NCBI RefSeq assembly: GCF_030028105.1
Contig: NC_092378.1
Span: 8,574,762-8,638,761 of the forward strand
Length of the DNA: 64,000 nt
Reading direction: 5' to 3'
Source of the DNA: Mobula birostris
Taxonomy: Eukaryota
In this document: piece by piece, positions 53,537 to 64,000 of the stretch
Layout of the letters: each line of letters starts with the position of its first letter
Position numbering within the stretch: position 1 is the first letter of the stretch
The notes under the pieces: model-generated
Database searches by the model: none
Seen by the model: the letters and a program-made list of their open reading frames with translations, nothing else
Told to the model about the DNA's origin: nothing
Made by a program: the position numbers and the translations under genes

Positions 53537-53775
53537 TTTTTTTTTTGCGTGGTGGTGGGGAAGTGGAATATAATGTACAGTGACTTTAAGTGCTCTGTAC
53601 AGAGGAAGAATATATAAGCTCTATTCCCTTAATTTAAATTTCATGTGCACTTCTTTGGGACTATATACACTACTGATGTTTTAATTAGGTAAAAATTATT
53701 GTAAGATTATGGGATATAAATCTTACACTTTCACTTTGTCATACAATGTACAGGTTTTTTTTTGGATCATTCAAA

Positions 53776-53826
53776 AATAAAGGTCACTCTCTATCTGGTT
53801 TCCTCCTGTTTAAGAGCCTGAATAAA
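53776..53826 (+). terminator. Polyadenylation signals of the Spo12-like gene
   Basis: AATAAA at 53776-53781 and 53821-53826, with upstream UGUA motifs at 53574, 53596 and 53747. Confidence 0.6.
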
Positions 53827-54058
53827 AGAAATTAATACTTTAATCCTGCAATGGCAAGTGGAAAATATTTCAATATGAAGCTTGTATTTAATTCTTAAAA
53901 GATGTGAAGGGGCTTTACAGGAGTATGGGTGCTAAGTCAATTGATATGGGGGGAGGGGCCACTTCATGTACCATAAGAACTTCGGAGTCTTATTGACAGA
54001 TTAGGACATTAGGATTTGGTATAATGGGTGAGGTTTCTTTAGTTAAACCGTTAGACTT

Positions 54059-54920
54059 TGTCACACAAGCCTGACCATTTGGTGTTTAGTGTGGAGTATA
54101 AGTAGCTGAGTTTTGGGTAACCGAGTGTATAGAAGGTGACATGGAATCTTAAGAACATACAATCTTAATAAGGTGCAGATCTTGCGGTCCATGATGTTGT
54201 GCCAACATTTTAACATACTCCAAGATGAATCTAATGCTTCCTTCCCAAATAGCCACCCGTTTTTCTTTCTTTCTGGAAGAAATGAAGATCCTGAGGATTT
54301 TAACAACTGTAATGCCTTGGTTCACATCTTTACTGTTATGCTGTGGGTGTTTCACTGGCCAGCTCTGTGGGAGCGGTCTGTTTTGCTTTCAGCATGTTTG
54401 GGTTATTGTCGAAGATAAGGGATGATGTGGAATGTGTGCCATCCAATTAGCAGGAGGTTTTCTTGGTGAGAGACAATAAGATTGATCTCGTTTCTTTTTG
54501 TTCGGGGGGAGAAGATGCTGGGGAGAATGGGTCATAGCATACAATCCGGTGGGAGACCAGTTTGTTCGAGATGGATTGATGGATGTTCGGAAGGTGGTGT
54601 GGATATTCACGCTGTCCGAGGGGCCAGTGCGTGAGTGACGGAAGTTCAAGATGAGCTCCAACTTGTGCACATTTGACTGTTTAATTAGAAAGGGCCCTTT
54701 TCTTTTTGTTATTCTTTACTAACCCTTAAGTTTCTTAAATATTCCTTTTAATTATGTGCAGTGTACTGTCTGGTTATTTTGTGGCACCAGTGTGAAACAG
54801 TGTAGCAAATCCACACAAACAAGGGTTTGGGTTGGGAGTGCGCCTCAATCTCGTGAATTTAGTGGGGTCGGAGGTTGTCTTCCCTAGACTTACACAGCCA
54901 AGGAAACTGGGGGTTTCACA
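54059..54920. mobile_element. Probable older solo LTR
   Basis: TGTCACA...TTTCACA termini (TG...CA); imperfect 4-bp flanks ACTT/ACTG; no coding capacity. Confidence 0.5.
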
Positions 54921-55182
54921 ACTGACGATCTAAAGTAGGACATTGATGAAGAGTTACCTGCCAAGAGAACCTCAGATCAAGAACAAGGTGGTTTGTGGCA
55001 ATGGATGTTGATGGCAATAGACAAGTAGGAGGAAATATCTCCCACTCTGGATATTGAAGAAGCGACAGATCCGAGTGGGTACGGAGATCATGGAAAATGA
55101 ACCAGGATGATAGTAGCATCTACAGATGTGTGTATTTGATTAAGCTATCAAGAATGCAATGGATTTAATAAAATTGTAATTC

Positions 55183-55840
55183 AGAGTAATACACAAAATG
55201 CCAGAGAATGTTGGCAGGGCAGGCACCATTTATGGAGGGGATTAAACAGTCGATGCTTCGGGCCAAGACCCTTTGTCAGGATTGGAAAGGAAGGGGTAAG
55301 AAGGTGGAAGGAGTACAAGCTGGCAGGTGAGAGGGGAGGAAGGGTGATGAAATGATAGGTGGAAAAGGTAAAGGGTTGAAGAAAAAGGAATCTAGTAGGA
55401 AAGTGGACCATGGGAGAAAGGGAAAGAGGAGGGGCACCCCAGGTGGGTCTTGGGCAGCAGTGAGGAGAAGGGAGCTAGAATGGGAAATTTAAGGAGAGGA
55501 GGGAAAAGTTACCAGTTGGAGAAATCAATGTTAATGTCGTTGGGTTGGAGTCTAGCCAGAAGGAATACAAGTTGTTGCTCCTTCAACTTGAAAGTAGTCT
55601 CACCGTGGCAGTAGAGGAGGCCATGGACCAACGTATGGGAATTGGAATTTAAAGGGGTGGCCACTGGGAATTCCTGCCTGTTGTAGACAGTAAAGATGCT
55701 TGATGAAGCTGCCCCCATCTACATCAGGTGTCACAAGATGTAGAGGAAGCCGCAACGGGAGCACCAAATACAATGGTGGGTGAATATTGCCTCATCTGGA
55801 AGTACTGTTTGGGGCCTTGAAACGTGGTGAGGAAAGAGGT
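55183..55840 (-). mobile_element. Penelope-like element 3' part
   Basis: ORF 55509-55718 PVATPLNSNSH..VHGLLYC...KLKEQQLVFLLARLQPNDINIDFS (GIY-YIG C-terminus) plus pseudo-LTR. Confidence 0.8.
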
Positions 55841-57741
55841 GTAAATTCTCCAACATGGTAAACAAAAATTGAAAACTGGAGGTTTTGAGTTGATGTATGG
55901 TGCAATTTTATGCTCTTTTAGGATTACTCTGAGAAAAATGCAGATGAGGATTTTTTCCCCAAAATATAGAAAATGGGGAGGAAACCAGAACTGAAATGTT
56001 CCAGCTCAAATGTCGTCTTATTCATGTTGCCTAATCTGGGACTTTTGCTATCGTAGTTTCTCAGTGCCTGCAATATTTTGCTTGTCTAAAAAGAGGGACT
56101 TGGATGAATCAGAAAAATATTTTTCTATTAACTGTGGACTGCACTGGCAGTTCCATAGCAATGCAAGAACAAAAGTCATTTTACCCACTTGCTTGTTCCA
56201 CTACTTTCACAGATCATACCAATGTGTAGCTGTTCCAGTTCCTTGTCTTGATGTTTAAATCCCTTAATGGGGTTGTTTACCATGCATTATTTCTGGATGT
56301 GATTGTAATTAACTCTCGCTGTATTTGGGGGAAATTTTCAGATGGTCCTTGTTTGTTCAAGACTTTAGCTCCAATGCTGTCAGTTTTGCTCCCATCTTTT
56401 GTTTTGAAAAAGTATTATGTCTTGTTTCAGAAGTCAAGCATGAGTTTGTGATGTCACAGAAGGTCATCAGCTTTTGGTAAAATGGCTTTTAATTTTGATA
56501 TCCGAAATTGATAATAGGACAGGACAGCACAGCACAGGAGCTACCAGCTTATTTTGACCTACTGTGTTTGTGTTGACTGTGATGCTAATTTAAACTACAC
56601 AGACTATAGCCTATAGATTCTCATGAGTCAATAATGTGAAACAAATTTGATCTTTGCCTTTTCTAAATGAAGGGCTATAAACTTTTAAGCTCTCATTCTT
56701 AAAAATGGGTTTAAAAGTTCTTTTGATTTTTTTTATATCTCATTTTTGGAGTTGGAGGGCTTTTTTTAATATATAAAAACAATAATGGCAATATTTGTTT
56801 GGTGTTTACCACAACTCTCCTACAGCACTGCAAATGTTTTCCCTCAAATATTTTCCCATTTGTTTTTGAAAGATCTTGAATCACAATGTGTTTTTTTTTA
56901 ATGTCCATAGTTATGCATGGTTCTTGTTAACTCATTTAAATCTATACTCTTTAACTTCGGATTTTCTATGTAGTTTAACTCTACCAACCTTTATGCAGAG
57001 TAAATCAAGTCTCAATCTCCAAGGCCTCGACACATCTTTCATTAGAATGGAAAACAATACTCCAGCTGGCCTCTTGTAATTTTAGCCCCACCTTTGTGGT
57101 GCAATTGCTATTTTCCTAACTAAATCTGTAGTTATGTTCTATTAACAGTAAAGAGAGGAAGCTGCTAATTTTCCACTTGAAGAAGTAAATTGCAAGAGCC
57201 TTTTTGATGTGGATCTGTTTTCTCAGGGAACCAAGTAGATAGTTAGATTCTCATATGGTACAAATCTGAGTGGCAATGTAATTTGCAAAGGGTGTATTTG
57301 TGATGTAGAGACTGTTAACAGAAATTCACAAGTTGACTCCTGGGAAGGGGAAGTTGCCCTTTAAGGAGGAGTGAAGTAGATTAGGCCACAGTTTGGTAAA
57401 AGGAGAACCATACAGATTCATCTGAGGTGACAAGAGTTGATGCATGATTGATATTTGTGGCATTCCTCCATCCATTGTGGGTCACAAAATAAAGGGTTGG
57501 TTGCTCAGAACAGATTGTAAGAAATTTCTACAGCTGGAGATTACAGAATTTTAGTAATTAACTCCCAAAGAGTGCTGTGAAAAATGTTGCTGAATATTGG
57601 CAAACCAGGTCAGATTACACTGGACAACATTTTTTTTTCAAAAGTGTTGTTTCCTCAGAATTTTTTTTGTTTATCACTTGACAGTGAATACAAATATAAT
57701 CTCAGATTAGTTGTATTCGTGTAGGAATTTGGAGAAACAAG

Positions 57742-58571
57742 TGTTACGTACCCCGTAACTGGGTTGCCAAACCAGCAGAAATGGATCACTCAGTTGGAGT
57801 CTGGATTACTAGAACTAAGAAAGTTTTATTAAAGAAACAAGCAACACAGTAATCGAAAGGATAATAAATGCAACAGTTCAGCAATGATAAACACACATGT
57901 GCACAGAATTAAGATAACAGCATCAATCAAGCTCTATCGTTGTCTAGGGGTAAATGACCAATTTCAAAGTGACACAAAAGTCCAGTTCGATTTAATAGTT
58001 CAGTTCGCAGTAATCGTTGCCATGGCGGTGGACAACGTGGGGGGGGGGGGGGGGAGAGAACGAGAACGACTGATCATTCAGAACGGCTTCCACTCACAGA
58101 CCGGCGATATTGCTCACAAGCAGCAGCTCCCAGGCAGGTCCTTTGTGATGTCACCTGAGGTCACCGACTGTGACCCCTCCTCCAGATGCGGTCGATCCTC
58201 TGCAGTGAACCCGGCACCCAGGCGAGGGTGGACACACACCGGGTTCCCGCTGATCGTATGTCCACCCTGTGCGTTGTCCGGTACTTCCCACCGACTCGTG
58301 AGAGGCGCACCGCTTCCAGGGTCTCGTTACCTCGGGTGTATCCCCCTGCTGGGGTATCGCCTGTCCATCACTTCAAACAGTTCAGGGTTCAAAGGGGGAG
58401 CCGCTCCAGACAGCTCTCTCTCTCCCGTCCCTTCATTACACATCTCCAGACGCTGCTTCATTGTTCCTTATCTCTCCTTCCCACTGAGGACAGGTGGCAG
58501 ACCAACTGCTGATGCCACTGATGCTAACCCAGGCCAGCAAACATCTTAATTTTATGTGTATTCTCGTCACA
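57742..58571 (-). mobile_element. Solo LTR (Gypsy-like), 830 bp
   Basis: Termini TGTTACG...CGTCACA; perfect 4-bp TSD CAAG (57738-57741 and 58572-58575); AATAAA on the minus strand near 57825. Confidence 0.85.
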
Positions 58572-59989
58572 CAAGAAACTAACTTTTATCGAATATAATG
58601 TGTTTAATTGCTTAATGGTGCTGCTGCTTTGCAGTGGTTCAACTAAGCTAAGTTTGTGTCTGAGGCTTCTTGCTTAAATGTCCAGCATTGCTGGATTCCA
58701 GGCGCTCTGATACCATTTCTCCATGAATGCAATGTGCTGGTGATGTCCGAGATTCATCATGCTCGTCACTGACAGCACCAGGATTTGCAGGGATGGAGAT
58801 TAAACAGGAATGCAGAATGAATCTTTGGTGACATATTACACCACGATTTTGTATACATGAAGCATGTTGTCAACTAGCTGCCTATAGTTTGATGCTCTGT
58901 AGTTGCCAAGAAATTTTTCAACAACATCCTTGAATGGCTTCCATGTGATTTTTCTCCAGTCCTGCTAGAATTGCCCGTCACTGTTGACCTGTTTGAATTG
59001 TGGACCAACAAAAATGCCTTCGTTAATCTTGGTGTCAGTTATTCTGGGAAACATCTGTCTGAAATATTGAAATACTTTACAGAAGTTTATAGCTTTTCTG
59101 AAACCTGCCCTGCAAGCCTGGACGAGAAGGAAAAATGTTCAGCTTACATTGTGGATAACATTATGAATTCAAATAACAAAACAAGGTGATTTCCCAAAAA
59201 AAAAGTGCTTGATAGAGAAATTTCATTGTGATTTTTCGCAATCAATAGTCCAAAGTCCTTAAGATACACTCAAAAATATTCAGGAAGCAAAATCTTTGTT
59301 TAGTGTTATCAGTGTATGCGTCCCAGAATCCCTGAATGTGGCAGCACAGGTAGATAAGGTAGTGAAGAAGGCATATTGGATACTTGCTTTCCTTAGCCTG
59401 TACAACTGAGTACAGTACTATGTATATTTCTGGTTGTTAAGGGATGGGTATGATCATACTGGAGAGATTGCAGCAGAGATTTACTGGGCTGTGGTTTCCT
59501 TTATAGTGAGTGTTTCATTTATAAATAAACCAGATAAGCTAGGTTTGTTTATTGTTCAATAGAGGTGACCGAGAGAGACCAGAAACGTTTTTAAAAAACA
59601 TATGAATGACAGTAGAAAGCAGCGGCGGTGTCTACAAGTTGAGGGCGTAGATATATATTTTGTGGGGGTCTGAGGAGGAGCTGGAACGTGCTGCCTGACT
59701 GGGTGATGGAGGCAGGTACTCTCAAAATCTAGTCAAGCGCTTGAATTGCCAAGGCAGTGACGACTGGGGGTAGATGGGATTTGTTTAAACGAGTAAATGG
59801 TCAAGTGCCTGTTTTTGTGCTCTATAGTCTGATGACTCAACTATTGCCGATCAAGGGTGACAGTACAGGAAAATGATGGACATGATCTTATTAAATTGTG
59901 GAGTGAGTTCAAGGTACCAAAGAGCTGTCTCTATTATTTTGATAATAGTGGTGCTGATGATAAACAAGTTTAAAAACACTGTAATGCAA

Positions 59990-60215
59990 TGCACAGTTAG
60001 CTCAACGTCTTACAGTACCAGTGACCTGTCTGTAAGTTTGTATGTTCTTGCCGTGACCGCATGGGTTTCGTCCGGGTGCTCCAGTTTCCCCTCTCAATCC
60101 ACAGTTGGTAGGTTATTTGGTCATTGTAAATTGTCCCCCGATTAGGCGAGGGTTAAAGCGAGATTTGCTGGGCGGCGCGGCTGGAAGGGCTGTCCGCGCT
60201 GTATCTTAATAAATT
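59990..60215 (+). mobile_element. V-SINE (HE1-like)
   Basis: V-domain gtatgttcttgccgtgaccgcatgggtttcgtccgggtgctccagtttccc and a CR1-like tail ctgtatcttaataaa. Confidence 0.7.
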
Positions 60216-60879
60216 AAAAAAATGACTCAATGATTATCCTCCATTAATAATTTATACTTGTATGAATGGACAGGAGTAAGGCTTCAAAGGTAATTGAAAA
60301 ATCAGAATGTGCTTCCTAGCAGGAACCATTGCGGGTTAATCAAACCGAGTTGGAATAAAAGTTTTCTTTGGGGTCAACCTATTGCCCGTTACGCTGCTGG
60401 CGTTTACGGCAGCAATGAGGGTTTTCCCCGTCTCTGGCGGTGTTCTGCGCTTCCTTCACCCAGCAGCTCAGTTTTCACTATTGTCAATCACACAAGTCCC
60501 GGGTGGCGACTCAAGAATACGGTCGCACATAGATGTAGAACGTTTTTGTCTTTGCCGTTCCTGTAACAGTAAGGTATGTTAGTCCCGAGTTTGAGCCTCT
60601 GAACCTCCCAGTCCGGCCTCTGCCCTTTAACCCGTTTGGAATGGGTGATCCTACCAAGAGCCAGGTATCTCTCCAGGTCACTGAGGTACGCAACCTCCAA
60701 ACCACGACAAGGTTGTGGTCCTCTTGGAGGTTTCTTTGGGGTTGGGGGGGGGAGGAAATTAATTACTGCTAATTAGAAGATCGTGAAAATCATTTGCTTA
60801 CAGTCAAAATCAACCTAGTTTTTTTTACTGGCGTAAGTTCTAAGTCTGCAAACTGCAAACTGGGCTCAAGCCGCTTGTT

Positions 60880-61159
60880 TGTAATGTATCAGGTGCAGGA
60901 TTAAAATGCTGCACATTCCGCGGCCCCGGAGAGACCCGCCTCTCGCCTGTCAATCAAATGACGTACACCAAAGGACTGACGCAGGAGGAAGGAGACGCCA
61001 TTAGACGAGGAGGGCGGCTTGTTTACTGTTCGTGCTCGACTGGGTGAGCCGGTGGCTTTCCCCCCAGTTGGTCTGCGCTTTCATTCCCTCCCCCCACATC
61101 CCACCCTGGTCCCATGTGATTGTGTCCGAGGCTCGCTTGGATTCATTTTCCTCCCGATA
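60880..61159 (+). promoter_or_regulatory. RAB21 promoter/5'UTR
   Basis: CpG-rich, with CRE-like TGACGTA and TGACGCA and a YY1-like CGCCATT just upstream of the ATG. Confidence 0.55.
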
Positions 61160-61288
61160 ATGGCGAGTGGCGGCAAAACCTACTCGTTTAAAGTTGTCCT
61201 GCTCGGGGAAGGCTGCGTGGGGAAGACATCACTGGTTCTGAGATACTGTGAGAACAAATTCAACGACAAGCACATCACTACGCTTCAG
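61160..61288 (+). CDS. RAB21: RAB21 GTPase exon 1 (remaining exons beyond the window)
   Basis: MASGGKTYSFKVVLLGEGCVGKTSLVLRYCENKFNDKHITTLQ (Rab21-type P-loop GEGCVGKT); donor CAG|GTTCGT; syntenic with TMEM19. Confidence 0.95.
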
Positions 61289-63912
61289 GTTCGTCCTTTG
61301 CTGTATGGTTCCTTCCCATCCCAACCCCCTTGCCAGCTTTGGATCACTGCCTGACGAAAGGGGAACTGACGATTAAGGCGCCTGCCAATCGAAGGCCTTT
61401 TGCTAAATGTCGCCCAGGAAAATGATCTTCAGTTTCTTCTTCTATCCTATAGCCTGAGATAGATTTAAATGTGATAAGCATGTTAGTTGTGTGTTCGCCG
61501 CAGTTCCATTAAAATCTACCAATACTGAGAAATACCAGAGCCGGGAAACGATAACCGCTGATTTGGATTACGGTTGATGTTTTGTGAGGAAGAATCCTCC
61601 CAAGAAGCATGTTTATCCCAAATGATATGTTGTCAAACTGGACTTTGGGATAGACGTCGTAATATAGTTTGGCCCTATATATTTGCCCCCAAAATTGTTC
61701 TTCCTGTATCAATTACGAATAATTGAGCGTTTATTGTAGCTGAATTTATAATTCGTTGTTTCATTGTACCTTTCAGAGAGGTTTAAAATTCAGTAAGTCA
61801 CTCAAACGGAGGGACTTGCATATTTAATCCTTAGTAAATGAGGGTGAGGCGACAAGTTCCGCAGGGAAGGTTTACATTTCATTCCCCTTCGCAGAATACT
61901 GTCTCTTTTGTCATTGGTGTTAATCGCTGCTTGAAAATAGTTAAGATATTCTTGCATCATTTTAGGTGACGAAGTGTATTTCACATGACTTTGAGTTATG
62001 TGATTTTGTAATCGTGTACTCGTTTCTGTGAATTGTTTGACACTAACTTAAAATATATGAATAATATTAAAATATTGAGGTGGAAACTTTGCTAGGTTTT
62101 ACAAATGAATCCATTGTTGTACTGGTTATTGTTCTACACTTAATATTGCAAATCATTGTTTTGAAACAATCATCTGCAAATATTGATTGTTTCAAAACAG
62201 ATGCAGTCTAGAATAACTGCCAGTGCATCACAATCAGGTTTAATATCACTAGCATGTGTCATGAAATTTGTCAACTTTTGTGGTAGCACTGCAAAAGAGA
62301 GAAAAAGAAAATTGTGGATTACAATAAAATATATAGTATAATAAATTAAGTAGTGCAAAAATATAGGAAATGAAAGAAGTAGTGAGGTAGTGTTCATGTG
62401 ATGAATATCCATTCAGAAATTGGATGAAAGTTAGAAAGTTCTGATAAAGGGTCTTAGCCCAAAATGTTACTGTTCACTTCCCTCCAAGGATACTGCTGGA
62501 CCTGCTAAATTGCTCCAAAATTTTGTGTGTTGCAAAAGTTAGTGGTTGAGATATACAGCACAGAAACAGGCCCTTTGGCCCATCTAGTCCATGCTGAAAT
62601 CATTTAAATTGCCTCCTCCCATCAACCTGCACTGGGACCGTAGCCTTCCGTCCATGTACCTATCCAAACTTAACTGATAAAATCGAGCTTGCATGCACCA
62701 CTTTTGTTGGCAGTTCATTTCACACTCTTACAATCCTCTTAGTGAAACTGAGTTGCAAATTGAGTTTTTTAACACTCTTTTGGCATCAGTCAAGTTCACT
62801 TCAGACACTGCTGACATTGAATAAAATCAAAATATTAATGAGTCTTAAATGTCACTTCTAGGTTAGTATTTGTTCTTCATCCCAAATAGTCAAATGAATG
62901 ACTATTGTAAAGGATAGCGAACAATCAACTATAACAGCATTGTAGAAAGAGAAACAGATGTTTTGTTTTGCAGCATAGATCTGACACAAGGTCTTTGACC
63001 TGAAGCATTCTCTTTCCTTGGATGCTGCTTAACCTTCTGAGTGTTTCCAGCATTTTCTGCTTCTATTTTGGATTTCCAGCATCTGTAGTTTGGTATGATT
63101 TTGATTAAGAAGCAACCATATTGAAGGAATAGGAATGTATAATAGGCCATGCTGCACAAGGATGGTGGAATTTCTTAATGAAGCAGATTAGTTTTTATAA
63201 TAATCCATTCATTTTGTAGTCATTGTTAACACAAGGTGATGAATTTTAATTACTCATATTTGAATCCCCAGTTGCTACAGTGGGATTCTAACTTTGTCTT
63301 GAGGTGAATGCTAATCCAATAGATTAACTGCAGTGTTATGACGTTTCCTTGTAAATTTGAAATGCATAGCCTGTTTCAGCAGCCAATATTTGGTTGATCA
63401 TTCAATTGTGATACTTACTTTAGCCCATCACCCCTACTGGGGCACAGGCCGTCAACAGCAGCTTGCCAGAGTCCTCTGTCCTGGGCCAGTCTTTCATGTC
63501 GTCCCCAGGTGTGGCCCATTCAATATCCTTCCTCTCCCAGGGATGAGGTGTTTGGAGCTTCTGTTGGCATTTCTGTAGCACTTGGTTTTTATGGGATGTA
63601 GTTGCTAGCCCCATGCCCGACTCCATTACAGCTGGGCTTGGGACTATCCATAGCAGTTATTCAATTGTGATGCTAAAGCTAAAAGTTTCTGTTCTCTTTT
63701 GCTGATAACTTGTACAATGATTCGTTGGCAAATTAATTTGGGTTCTGCAGGTGTAGATTATAACCTTTTAAAATACTGCATCGTAATAGTTTTGTATAGT
63801 ACAAGTAAATGTACAGAAATTAAGTTGACTAAATGCCACACTTGTTTGCAACCAATTAATATTTGCTAATCGTTTTTCAAAGTTTCAAAGTCAATTTATT
63901 ATCAAAGTACAA

Positions 63913-64000
63913 ACAGTTGCAAGAAGTTTGTGAACCCTTTGCAATTACCTGGTTTTCTGCATTACATATAAAATGTGGTCTGATCTTCATCTAAGTTACA
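63913..64000 (+). mobile_element. Start of a Tc1-like DNA transposon terminal repeat
   Basis: cagttgcaagaagtttgtgaaccc...tgtggtctgatcttcatctaagt resembles a Tc1 terminal repeat; runs off the window. Confidence 0.55.

Noticed and set aside
53436-53573. Alternative-frame ORF MARLLHNTNQFLTTKRITSVLGSRDFLLEEM... in the last exon
   Set aside because: No recognisable motif; the spliced frame from the upstream exons explains the exon and carries the KEN box.
57884-58549. 221-aa ORF
   Set aside because: Lies wholly within the solo LTR and has no protein motifs.

Overview
Vertebrate genomic DNA, most likely a cartilaginous fish (shark or ray), judged from abundant V-SINE/HE1-like, CR1-like, Rex1/Babar and Penelope repeats. 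It corresponds to the conserved ZFC3H1-TMEM19-RAB21 block. It holds ZFC3H1 coding exons 1-2 (minus strand, joined by an intron with U12/minor-spliceosome signals), a complete 6-exon TMEM19 (plus, 325 aa) and RAB21 exon 1 (plus). The main find lies between TMEM19 and RAB21 and is not assembled by the ORF track. It is a small 4-exon plus-strand gene (non-coding exon ending 48210; CDS 50827-50918, 51001-51084, 53428-53536) encoding a 94-aa protein. The protein has a near-perfect Spo12-family motif (FRSPTDSMLSPCSQRL), a basic NLS-like patch and a DKEN box, and its CpG-rich promoter carries E2F, CHR, NF-Y, Sp1 and RFX sites. It looks like a vertebrate homologue of the fungal mitotic-exit/meiosis regulator Spo12; I know of no such gene at the human locus. 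Other notable items are Penelope-borne minimal hammerhead ribozyme motifs, a fragment of a restriction-like-endonuclease (Hero-type) retrotransposon, two solo LTRs and several DNA-transposon relics. Repeat boundaries are approximate and family names come from motif recognition, not database searches.
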